DNA of 64,000 nt from Eledone cirrhosa. Taxonomy: Eukaryota. The position numbers and the translations under genes were made by a program. Shown piece after piece: positions 51,759 to 64,000 of the stretch (position 1 is the first letter of the stretch; every line of letters begins with the position of its first letter). The DNA is taken from assembly GCA_964016885.1 (NCBI GenBank), contig OZ024758.1, forward strand, positions 124,001 to 188,000, given 5' to 3'. Below the pieces are notes generated by a model. The model was not told the origin of the DNA, ran no database searches, and saw only the letters and a list, made by a program, of their open reading frames with translations.

Positions 51759-52778
51759 TTGTTGAAGAAGAAACAGGGAGACAACAACTGGAATGTATAC
51801 AAAACAACTAAATCTCTTAAATAACTTCACTTATATCCAAAATATGATTTGTATATACATCAACAGTTACTCATTATTATACGCCAGTCACGACCCCACT
51901 GCAAAAACGATATCTATATAACAACCCCACCGTAAAACTACTCTTCCCCACTTTACAAACACTTTATATTATTTGTCATTAAGGTTTCTTAAAATAAATA
52001 TATATACGTATGTGTAGTAATTAGTACGGAGACTGAGAGAGAAGGGGCGAGTGTGTCTTCATGGAGGGCACATGGGACCAGCAAAGCCCTAAAAGTAGAG
52101 ACCAGTAAATGAGATAAGGTCCTAGCTATGTTAAGAATATAAATAAGAAACATGTTCTATACATTTAAGAAGACAAGAGAAACATGTTCTAAACATTTAA
52201 GAAATAATTATTTACCTCTTTCATGTCGGTAATATAGCGGTGTTATAAAACTAATTATAACGACCGGTGTTAAAATAGAGAGAGATAGACAGATAAATGT
52301 GTGTCACACTCTCACCCTCTCTTTAAATCTTTTACACTATCTAACTCGTACATCTTTTACTCTATCTCCCTCTTATTTCTATCTGTGTACATTTCTATGT
52401 GTATGTATGTATCTGTCTATGTGTAACTCAGTGTACTGGAGCAATATGAGGTGAAGTGTCTTGCTCAAGAAGACATTTTGTGGAGTTATATCATCGTTTC
52501 TTGTTATAAAGCTACTTATACTACCGGCGTAACAGTGGCTATAGGTGATAGATGTAGAAATAAAAGGCTGTAACAGCGATATAAATATAGATGAAATAGT
52601 TTACCACGAGACTAAGAATGAATGTTTAATGGAATTAAGTATAATCTAATAGGAAATAAGAGGCTAGAGCAGCGAAATGTTTACGTAAAATAAAAGAACA
52701 ACAAACAAGAGTGCAACATTGAAATTTTTGTTTTATTTTATCGATATAAGCGTTATTTTATGCGCGATTTGCCTTGCT

Positions 52779-52891
52779 GCCGGCGTTGATCAGTCAGTAG
52801 CAGCCCCGCTTACGAAGTTCAGGAGCCAACGACTTTACATGGTTCGAATCTCACCCTCTCCGCTCTTGTCGAGTTATCTCCTACTCTTTTT
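52779..52891 (+). ncRNA. Candidate Pol III-like unit copy 8 (B variant)
   Basis: As 30686-30798. Confidence 0.4.
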
Positions 52892-53536
52892 ACTTAGTTC
52901 CAGGTCATTTAAATAGAGCAAAGAGGTCGCGGCGATCGGCATATGCATTGGCTACAATGTTGAACTTTGGTACTGACTGCATAGTTGAACGTTCCACATA
53001 CCAACCGCCCAACTGGCCAGTCAACCGCAAATACGGCTGGCTGGCCGGTTGGGTAGTTGGCATATGTACTGACTGTCAAGTTGAACGTTCTAACCCTCTC
53101 TTTACATCTATTGCTCTATCTACCGCTTATTTCTCTCCCTCTCTTTACTTCTATAACTCTATCTCCCACTCTCTTTACATCTATTACACAGTGTCTCCCT
53201 GTATATATACACGTATATATGCACTACATTTTATAAGAAATCTACGTAATAATATAATTAACAATAGTTGATGAATTAGACCAGAGTTAATTAAACAATA
53301 AATATGAATGAAATAGCAGTAGATGGCGAAACTTGAGTGTTGTGTGTGCATACATATATATGAGGTAAACTGGTTCAAATACTGTCAGGATTATATTGGA
53401 TCAAAGACTGTATTAAATAGAAAGTAAAAAATGAAGTGAAAATATAAAAACAAACTGAAAATTTCCCCATCCCTAGAAAAATTCATATCTTGTTATATAT
53501 AGATAATTGGCGCTTTAAATTGAATAAATATTCATT

Positions 53537-53571
<35 letters not shown>

Positions 53572-53671
53572 GTACACTGATATATATGTGTGTGTATATA
53601 TATATATATATGTATGTGTATATGTGTACATATGTATGTGTATATATATACTAATATATATATATATATAT

Positions 53672-54011
53672 CAACTTCATCATACGTCCGCTTTTCCATG
53701 CTTGCAAGGGTGGGGTGGGAGCTGATTCTGGATTGGTTTCTACAGCTGGGTGCCCTTCCTGACGCCAACCCAGTTTGCAGTGAGTGCTGGGTGCTTTTTT
53801 TTTTTCCGTGGCACCTCCACGTCAGCTTTACAGAGCGGGCTGGGTGCTTTTTTGCCGTGGCGCCTCCACGACCACTTTACGGTGGGGTGGTGGGGTGGTA
53901 TGTGTATACCCAGCCCATTGTCATTTCCCACCCAGAAAAGTTCATAGCACCGTTCTTTACCCACGATGAATCTAGCAGACCCACCCCTCCACCTGGTCTC
54001 TTGAATACAAC
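53672..54011 (-). mobile_element. RTE derivative copy 8, clipped
   Basis: Same breakpoint as 31920. Confidence 0.8.
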
Positions 54012-55134
54012 AGTGGTTTCACTAAAATAAAAATTAAATTAAATTAAATTAAATTAATTATATTAGATAAATAGACATTGGGGTTCTCACCAAAGATTTT
54101 CAGTTATTTCTAAGAGATGTAAAAGGAAAATTAAAAAAAGATTAATAGGACACATTAGACATGTCTCCAAGCAAGAATTGAACTTACAGACAAGGATCTC
54201 ACCATCTCTGGTACTTCCCACTAAGCCACCAAGACTGCTACAAAGGTCTATTGAAAATTAATATTTATAAACCTACTTTCAAAATATAACTAATTTAATT
54301 AAAAATAAAATAAAATAAATAGACATTGGCGTTCTCACAAAACTTTTTCAGTTCTTTTTTCTAAGAAATGTCAAAGGAATATATATATATATATATTTTA
54401 TTTTTAATTTTATTTTGAAAGTAGGTTTATAAATATTAAATTTCAGTACATCTTTGTATCAGTCTCGGTAGCTTAGTGGGAAGTACCAGAGATGGTGAGA
54501 TCCTGTTCTGGGTGTTCAATCCTGGTCTGAGGGTTGAATTGGGGACTCAGGTTCAATCCTGGTCCATGAGATACATGTAAGGTGTCATGTTAATCTTTTA
54601 TAATTTTCTTTCTATATCTCTTTGAAAAAGAGAACCCCTATTTATTTAATTATATTGAATTTAATTTTTTATTTTAGTTAAATTGTCGAAAACACTGAAG
54701 ATCTAAAGGTTGAGGAGACAATATGTCTATTTTATCTGTCTCCTCTAACTTTAGATCACCAGTGGTTTTGACAATTTAACTAAAGTAAAATAAAATAAAA
54801 TAAATTAAATTATATTAGATAAATAGACATTGGGGTTCTCACCAAAGATTTTCAGTTTTTTCTGAGGAAAATTTAAAAAAAGATTAACAGGACACATTAC
54901 AGCAATGATTGAACTCCCAGACCAGGATTGAACCTACAGACAAGGACCTCACCATCTCTGGTACTTCCCACTAAGCCGCCAAGACTGCTACAACGGTCTG
55001 CTTATAATTAATATTTATAAACCTAATTTCAAAATAAAATTAATGTTATTAATTTTATTTAAAAATAAAATAAAATAAATAAACATTGGGGTTCTCACAA
55101 AACTTTTTCATTTTTTTTCTAAGAAATGTCAAAG

Positions 55135-55140
<6 letters not shown>
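54012..55140. repeat. Foldback repeat, second copy
   Basis: Near-identical to 31921-33050. Confidence 0.8.
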
Positions 55141-55173
<33 letters not shown>

Positions 55174-55176
<3 letters not shown>

Positions 55177-57096
55177 TCATCATCATCATCATCGTTTAAC
55201 GTCCATATTCCACGCTTGCATGGGTTTGGACGGGAATTTTCCCACTTGAGGCAAGAGTGGTTGTCTTGCTCGCATAGGACTGTCTGGCGGGTTTTCTACA
55301 GCTGGATGCCCTTCCTAACACCAACCGCATTTACAGTGTGGGACTGGGAGGTTTTTACCGTGTTACCTACACGGCCACATTACTGCGTGGACTGTGTTTT
55401 TTTTTTTTGTCGTGACACCTACACGACCTCATTTGTTTCGGCCTGGATGTTGTGGCACCAACATAACTTTACATTGAAAGGGGCGGTGTGGATGGGGTGG
55501 GGGTGTATTTTGTTAGAGGTGCCTACTGACTGTAGTAGGTTTTACTTTGTATCTAGGTAAGGCGGGTCTTCTCTATTACTGAGTACCGCCAAAGATCTCG
55601 GTCCAGTGACATTGTCTTGGAGAGGTGTAAGTGTGTGAGGTCGGAATTTATCAAGTCGTGCCAGGTTTTTCTGGGTCTGCCTACTCCGTGGCTACCGTCT
55701 ATCTTTATTGCCCTGCATTTTTTTTATACAGCTGTCGTCTTTCATCCGCATCACGTGGACCATACCAACGTAGTCTTCTCTCGAGTACACAACATCTGAT
55801 CCCTCTTATTTCTAATTTTTCCCTTAGTTCGTTTATGCTTTGCCGTTCACATATATTACTATTACACATCCAGCGAAGCATGCAAGCTTCGTTCCTCTCT
55901 AGTCTGCGTATATCCTCTGCACACAATGCCCAGGTCTCACTGCCATGCAACATTGCTGTTCATATGCAGGCATCATACAACCTGCCTTTCATTTTTAGGG
56001 AGAACCCTTTAGCGGCTAATAGTGGTATAAGCTCTCTGAACTTTTTCCATCCAGTTCTGACTCTAGCTACTGTACTTTCAGAGCACCCTCCCCCACTGCT
56101 GATTTTGTCACCCAGGTAACGGAAGCTGTCCACTATTTCTATAGAACCCTCTGCGCAATTGAAAGAGCTAGTATTTTGTGGGCACTTGCTGCTACTTATT
56201 GCACCAGAGCACCGGCCACATGTAAAATCTATGTTCTTAGTTAGCTTACCTGTGATCCCACTACATCTTTTATGAACCCATACTTTGCATTTGGGACATA
56301 AAATGGAGTTTCTACCTACGCCTTTCCTACACACTGAGCATGGCCATTTCCCGGAAGGGACCGGCGCCTTATTTTCTTTCCTACAAACTAGAACTTTAGT
56401 CTTAGCCAGGTTAATTTTAAGGCCTTCTGATTCTAGGCCTTGCTTCCATGTTTGGAATTTCTTCTCTAGCTCGGCCATTGATTCAGCTATGAGCGTTAGA
56501 TCATCTGCGTATAGGAGTTCCCATGGGCAGCCGGTCTTGAACTCCACTGTTATAGCCTGAAGGGCAATAATAAATAGTAGGGGGCTAAGGACGGAGCCCT
56601 GATGAACACCAACTTTTACGCTAAACTCTTCACTATATTCGTTGTTAATTCTAACCTTGCTGACTGTTTCTTTATACATGGCTCGTATAGCTCTCACAAG
56701 CCATTCCTCAACACCTAGTTTTCTAAGAGCCCACCAGATAATGGAACGGGGGACTCTGTCGAAGGCTTTCTCCAAGTCAACAAAAGCTAAGTATAGGGGT
56801 TTACTTTTAACTAGGTACTTCTCCTGTAGTTGTCGTACAATGAAAAGAGCGTCTGTGGTACTTTTACCTGACACAAACCCGAACTGCATTTCATCTAGAT
56901 CAATTCTCTCTCTGATTAGTTGCGCTATTACTTTTTCCGTGACCTTCATGACCTGGTCGATTAATTTAATGCCTCTATAGTTACTCCTATCTAGGGCATC
57001 TCCTTTACCCTTGTAACAGTTAATGATGATGCTGCTACGCCAGTCCTTCAGAACAACCCCATTCTGTATGACTTGGTTTACTATCCGGGTGACCAT
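55174..57096 (-). mobile_element. RTE-clade LINE, second copy
   Basis: Offset 22093 bp from the first; ORF nearly identical. Confidence 0.93.
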
Positions 57097-57828
57097 TACG
57101 TGTATACATCTGAAAATGTATATATGTATGCAAAGATATAAGTAAACATACATGTATACATATAGATGGACAGTTATGCATATACAATAACTTATTTCTA
57201 TACATACATATACCACAAGTAAGGCATGGTGCTGCCAACTAACCAGACCTCCCTCATAATGGACCAGCTAGATCCCAAAATACAGGCCTGCTTGCCAACA
57301 CACAGTCCCAATAAGTGTAAGTTACAGCGCAGCTATCTGGACAGACTTGTCTTAAGACTACACACTATCCCACTACATCTTTTGTATACTATATATATAC
57401 TGTTTATATATATATATACTATATATATATATACTGTTTATATATATATACACACATATAATTGTGTATTCACACATTATCTTAGTAATGAAATAATTAA
57501 TAATTTTAGTAAATTGTTCAAAATTCTTCATTAACCCTTTTGGTAGAAACCCAGCCAAAATTAGTTCTCGTACTATGGAAATGGTTCCTATCTAAATTAA
57601 AGTCTTCCAACAAAATTCTATATAACAACCATATGGTAAGTTACTATGTTAGTAATTAACTAACAATTGTGATAAATAGCTCAAAATTATTCATAATTAA
57701 TTGAATTATAAGGTTCATAATTATAATAAAATCTTCAAATAGGCTACGAAACCGGTAAACCTGAAAGGTACACAACACACACACATTGCTATAGCGTTTC
57801 ACCAGCCCCTTCCTTCCTGAATTATTAC

Positions 57829-58630
57829 AGAGATGTGTGTGTATGTAATAATTATTTGTATAATGTGTGTCTATTTATGAATATGTATGAGTAGATGTGT
57901 GTGTGTGTATCACAGTAGATGTGTATGTAACACAGTAGATGTGTATATGTAACAGAGTAGATGTGTGTTTGCATGTAACTCAGTATATGTGTATGTAACT
58001 CAGTAGATGTGTGTGTGTAACACGGTAGATGTGTGTGTGTAACACGGTAGATGTGTGTGTGTAACACGGTAGATGTGTGTGTGTAACACGGTAGATGTGT
58101 GTATGTAACAGTAGATGTGTATGTATGTAACACAGTAGATGTGTATGTATGTAACACAGTAGATGTGTGTATGTAACACAGTACATGTGTGTGTATGTAA
58201 CTCAGTAGATGTGTGTGTATGTAACTCAGTAGATGTGTGTATGTAACACAGAAGATTGTGTGTATGTAACATAGAAGATGTGTGTAACACAGTAGATGTG
58301 TGTGTATGTAACACAGTAGATCTGTGTGTATGTAACTCAGTAGATGTGTGTGTATGTAACACAGGTGTGTGTATGTAACACAGTAGATGTGTGTATGTAA
58401 CATAGTAGATGTGTGTATGTAACACAGAAGATGTGTGTGTATGTAACACAGTAGATGTGTGTGTATGTAACTCAGTAGATGTGTGTGTATGTAACACAGT
58501 AGATGTGTGTGTAACACAGTAGATGTGTATGTAACGCAGTAGATGTGTGTGTATATAACCCAGTTGATGTGTGTGTATGTAACACAGTAGATGTGTGTAT
58601 GTAACATAGTATATGTGTATGTAACTAAAG
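57829..58630. repeat. Minisatellite, second copy
   Basis: Near-identical to 35770-36570. Confidence 0.93.
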
Positions 58631-59557
58631 TGTAACGTACGTTACAAATGGACGACAAAATGATTTTAACTTGTTTTTTAACAATTGATGGTGGAAAAGA
58701 TTTTAAATTGTCTTAACTCAGACCATAAAGGGCCGCAACACATGGAGTCTGACACTCTTACCGGCTACATAGCCTGGGCGTCTATTTTACCGCGACCGGC
58801 TACATAGCATCTTCCTAAAATCTTCCAACATAATTTTATACAAGAACCACATGTTAAGTTACTAATAAAATAATTAATAAATAAAAACATTAGTAAGTCC
58901 TTCAAATGATATCTCAGTAATGAAATAATTAATAATTGTTATAAATACCTCAAAATTCCTCATTAATTAAACCTCATTAATTAATTAAGCCGCTGAAAAG
59001 TGCAACAGATGCCCTCTTCTTAGTGAGACAACTACAAAAGAGGTTCTTAGAGAAAAATAAGCCACTATACTTAGCTTTGGACATAGAGAAGGCTTTTGAT
59101 AGAGAACTCTTATAAATGACAACATATATATATGTGTGTGTATATATATGTTTTTTTTAAAACTATATATTTATTACTCCCTTAAGCAGAAGAAATATAT
59201 TCCCAGATATCGAAGATTACCACAATAACTAGGGAGCGGAAATCAATAGATGCTGGACATTGCTGCTGAGGGTAGGATGACCTGATGAGCTGGCTCCTGT
59301 GGTGGATACCTAAACATAGTAAGAGCCTAGTGGGATGACTGAGGTTCACCTACATACATCAGATGTCTCTGGATCTCCAGCTGGAGATTAATGATCTCAG
59401 GAATGCCATGAAAAATCGTGACATCTAAAAAAGAAGAGTAGAATTGTTCTGGCCAATCCACCTGACCTAATAAACAATAATAATATTAATATATATTGAT
59501 GAAAATTAATTATGGTGAAATATCTTAGAAATCATTCTCAGAGGTTTTGTATTGTAA

Positions 59558-61536
59558 TCCACACTTGCTCCTTGTGGCTTCTGATGCAGACATCATGTCC
59601 GCCATCAGGTCCTTCCCAGCTAGCAGCTGCGGAGATGTTGATGGTCTCTGACCAGGCCTCCTCAAGGAGTTGATATCTCCCCTCTCCGCTGAGGCCGGGC
59701 GCCGCCTTCTGAGTGCAATTGTGGCGCTCACCAATAGGCTCATCCATGGCGCCCTGGACTCTTATGCTCGAGGCCTCTTTTTTTCGGCCAGCCTCACCGC
59801 TCTCAGGAAGAAAGAGGATGGCATACGCCCCATTGCTGTGGGCAATGTCTTCCGGAGGCTGGCTGCCAAGGTAATCTGCAAGTCCGTAACACTCGGAACC
59901 GGCATCCAGGGCCTCCAGCCACCTCATTGTCAAGTTTGACATGAGGAATGCCTTCAACTCTTTACGCTGGGATCATCTGCTCGAGGCCTGCCTCAGCCGA
60001 GCCCCCTCTGCCTACCTGTCATATGGAGCCCCAAGCATGCGCCATGCTGCTGATACGGTCATACCCTTGGCTACTGGGATCCAACAGGGCAACCCTTTGG
60101 GACCCCTCCTGTTCACCCTTGGTATTGACCACATCGCCTGGAGTATAACGGCCCCTCTCAACGTTTGGTATCTGGATGATGCTACTTTGGGTGGGCCCGT
60201 ACAGGCGGTCTGCCATGACCTTCAATCGGTGGTTCCTGCCCTGGCGGGAATCGACCTCCAGGTCAACTCAGCCAAGTCGGAGGTGGTGAATGTCAGCCTC
60301 GATGCTGCAAGCTTTGCAGTCTCCATCTTGGACGTGCGGTCCATTCTCCGCCAGGTTCAGGTGACCCCCCAAAGAGGATGCCCTCACCGATCCACCCGCC
60401 GGCCATCCGCTCCTCCATCAAGTCCAGACTCTCACGAGCCGACTGGGCTTGATTGATGGCCACCCAGTTCTCTTTCTGCTGAGGAACTGCTACGCCATGC
60501 CGAAGCTCCTCTATACACTCTGTGCTACACCTAAACTTGTATCCGAGCAGCAGCCGATGAGATATGTAACTTTACCTGTCAGGTATGGCGGCCTTCGCCT
60601 CCAGTCCCCGATCTCACTAGCTTTGCCGGCATATCTTTCGTCGGTAACCTCGTACCACGTCCTCTTCAGCAGGGTTCTTCAAAACACAACAGAACCCTCT
60701 GTGTTCAGAGAACGCCTGGCCGCCTGTGAGACGTGGCACCGGCTGGGACTTAGCCCAGTAGACGTTCCTCCTCCTTCTCCCCCTGTTGACGTCAAGTCCC
60801 CCCCAACACACTTGGGATGCCATCCAGTGCAGCCTGGCCTCAGACAGGCTCACGTGCCAGCTCGACCAGCACCGCCTTGTTTGTTTTCGTGCAGCCTCCA
60901 AACCCCACAGTGGGGCCTGGCTCCATGCCCTGCCCTCCTTCTCCACTCGCACGCAGCTAGACAACAATAGCTTGCGCATCGGCGTTTCCCTGAGGCTCGG
61001 CCTCACACCAATGTCGCTGCCGTTCCACCATGGACTCTTTCGGCCTCCACCCGCAATCCACGCCATGCTGCCCTCAACGAAGTCATTAAGCATGGCTTGG
61101 ACGCTGCAGGCTTCCCTTCCCAGCTCGAGGGGACGGCAAAAGGCTAGATGGCATGACCATCTTCCCGTTCCGCGGTGGCAAACCCCTCGTCTGGGATGCC
61201 ACTTGCACCGACACTTTCTGCAGCCGCAACCTGGTGCAGTCTGCGACTGGCCCAGGTTCTGCTGCACGTCAGGCTGAGGGGGCCAAACTCCTCACATATC
61301 GTTCACTCTCCGACAGGTTTGCGGTCGTACCCCTGGAAGTGGAGACTTCTGGTGTCCTCGGCCCCAGGGCTACCTCCTTACTCACCACCATAGGCGCTGA
61401 GCTGGCCAGCCGCAGGTGTGAGCCCCGCGAGTTGGAGTGGCTTTTCCAGCGCGTCTCCCTTGCCGTGCTCCGGGGAAACGCCTTCTCCATTCTGTCCGCC
61501 GGGGCTGTGGGTGGGTCCCATCGCGTACCGTTATGA
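59558..61536 (+). mobile_element. CRE-like element copy 9 (A)
   Basis: Near-identical to 3985-5963. Confidence 0.88.
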
Positions 61537-62530
61537 ATGTATACAAAACAACTAAATCTCTTAAATAACTTCACTTATATCCAAAACATGATTTGTATAT
61601 ACATCAACAGTGACTCATTATTATACGCCAGTCACGACCCCACTGCAAAAACGATATCTATATAACAACCCCACCGTAAAACTACTCTTCCCCACTTTAC
61701 AAACACTTTATATTATTTGTCATTAAGGTTTCTTAAAATAAATATATATACGTATGTGTAGTAATTAGTACGGAGACTGAGAGAGAAGGGGCGAGTGTGT
61801 CTTCATGGAGGGCACATGGGACCAGCAAAGCCCTAAAAGTAGAGACCAGTAAATGAGATAAGGTCCTAGCTATGTTAAGAATATAAATAAGAAACATGTT
61901 CTATACATTTAAGAAGACAAGAGAAACATGTTCTAAACATTTAAGAAATAATTATTTACCTCTTTCATGTCGGTAATATAGCGGTGTTATAAAACTAATT
62001 ATAACGACCGGTGTTAAAATAGAGAGAGATAGACAGATAAATGTGTGTCACACTCTCACCCTCTCTTTAAATCTTTTACACTATCTAACTCGTACTTCTC
62101 ACACTCTCTTTAAATCTTTTACTCTATCTACCTCTCATTTCTATCTGTGTATGTATGTATGTATCTGTCTATGTGTAACTCGGTGTACTGGAGCAATATG
62201 AAGTGAAGTGTCTTGCTCAAGAAGACATTTTGTGGAGTTATATCATCGTTTTTTGTTATAAAGCTACTTATACTACCGGCGTAACAGTGGCTATAGGTGA
62301 TAGATGTAGAAATAAAAGGCTGTAACAGCGATATAAATATAGATGAAATAGTTTACCACGAGACTAAGAATGAATGTTTAATGGAATTAAGTGTAATCTA
62401 ATAGGAAATAAGAGGCTAGAGCAGCGAAATGTTTACGTAAAATAAAAGAACAACAACAAGAGTGCAACATTGAAATTTTTTTTTTTTTTTTGTCGATATA
62501 AGCGTTATTTTATGCGCAATTTGCCTTGCT

Positions 62531-62643
62531 GCCGGCGCTGCTCAGTCAGTAGCAGCCCCGCTTACGAACTTCAGGAGCCAACCACTTTACATGGTTCGAA
62601 TCTCACCCTCTCCGCTCTTGTCGAGTTATCTCCTACTCTTTTT
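62531..62643 (+). ncRNA. Candidate Pol III-like unit copy 9
   Basis: As 6958-7070. Confidence 0.4.
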
Positions 62644-63384
62644 ACTTAGTTCCAGGTCATTAAAATAGAGCAAAGAGGGCGCGGCGATCGGCATATGCAC
62701 TGGCTACAATGTTGAACTTTGGTACTGACTGCGTAGTTGAACGTTCCACATACCAACCGCCCAACTGGCCAGTCAACCGCATATGCGGCTGGCTGGCCGG
62801 TTGGGTAGTTGGCATATGTACTGGCTACCATGCTGAACATTGTACTGACTGTCAAGTTGAACGTTCTAACCCTCTCTTTACATCTATTACTCTATCTACC
62901 GCTTATTTCTCCCCCTCTCTTTACTTCTATAACTCTATCTCCCACTCTCTTTACATCTATTACAGTGTCTCCCTGTATATATACACGTATATATGCACTA
63001 GATTTTATAAGAAATCTACGTAATAATATAATTAACAATAGTTGATGAATTAGACCAGAGTTAATTAAACAATAAATATGAATGAAATAGCAGTAGATGG
63101 CGAAACTTGAGTGTTGTGTGTGCATACATATATATGAGGTAAACTGGTTCAAATACTGTCAGGATTATATTGGATCAAAGACTGTATTAAATAGAAAGTA
63201 AAAAATGAAGTGAAAATATAAAAACAAACTGAAAATTTCCCCATCCCTAGAAAAATTCATATCTTGTTATATATAGTTAATTGGCGCTTTAAATTGAATA
63301 AATATTCATTTATATATATATATATATGTATATATATATGTACACTGATATATATGTGTGTATATATATATGTGTATATATATA

Positions 63385-63433
<49 letters not shown>

Positions 63434-63435
<2 letters not shown>

Positions 63436-63985
63436 ACTTCATCATACGTCCGCTTTTCCATGCTTGCAAGGGTGGGGTGGGAGCTGATTCTGGATTGGTT
63501 TCTACAGCTGGGTGCCCTTCCCGACGCCAACCCCGTTTGCAGTGAGTGCTGGGTGCTTTTTTTTTTCCGTGGCACCTCCACGTCAGCTTTACAGTGTGGG
63601 CTGGGTGCTTTTTTGCCGCGGCGCCTCCACGACCACTTTGCGGTGGGGTGGTGGGGTGGTATGTGTATACCCAGCCCATTGTCATTTGCCACACAGAAAA
63701 GCTTATAGCATCGTTCTTTACCCACGATGAATCTAGCAGACCCACCCCTCCACCTGGTCTCTTGAATACAACAAACATCGACCTCCTTACGTTCAAGCAT
63801 TTCTACAACCTCGTTAGAGCCACCCTATAAGGTGCCTACATTAATGGTACCAACTCTGAAGTTTTGGATTGCGTTTGGAGGTTGGGAGCGGTGGGGAGCG
63901 GGGATGGGGTTAGGGTTAGCCATCCGCGGCCGAAACAAAGAGGAGGAGCCCTTGCATTCTCGTCCATGAGGTGGATTTGTCTTTA
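63434..63985 (-). mobile_element. RTE derivative copy 9
   Basis: As 7850-8400. Confidence 0.8.
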
Positions 63986-64000
63986 TGTATGTATATGTAT

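Larger units (their letters stand above)
2172..64000. repeat. Tandem macrosatellite, 9 units (A ~5.9 kb, B ~9.8 kb), continuing past the window end
   Basis: Near-identical ORF sets recur with periods 5901, 5901, 5930, 5944, 9838, 5866, 6389 and 9804 bp. Confidence 0.98.

Overview
Eukaryotic, AT-rich, repeat-dense genomic DNA. The SINE/RTE/CR1 families and (TA/TG)n, (GAT)n tracts resemble octopus (coleoid cephalopod) repeats; this is an inference, not a database match. No intact host gene is visible. Bases 1-2170 are unique flank: a dead CR1-type LINE, a TA-flanked MITE and a Helitron-like scrap. From ~2172 to the window end runs a tandem macrosatellite of 9 near-identical units. The anchor GCCGCTGAAAAG recurs at 3416, 9317, 15218, 21148, 27092, 36930, 42796, 49185 and 58989. 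Units come in a short form A (~5.9 kb) and a long form B (~9.8 kb), ordered A-A-A-A-B-A-A-B-(A), with a ~22.1 kb higher-order period. Each unit carries a decayed CRE-clade (RT + restriction-like endonuclease) retrotransposon, RTE fragments, a tRNA-like Pol III-type cassette and a ~72-nt hairpin between direct repeats; A-type linkers also carry a tRNA/CORE-like SINE. B units swap that linker for a foldback repeat with tRNA-like boxes, an RTE 3' half with a PHD finger and a minisatellite. The best candidate for something undescribed is the Pol III-like cassette plus hairpin, amplified nine times inside a transposon-fragment array. Any function for it is a hypothesis.
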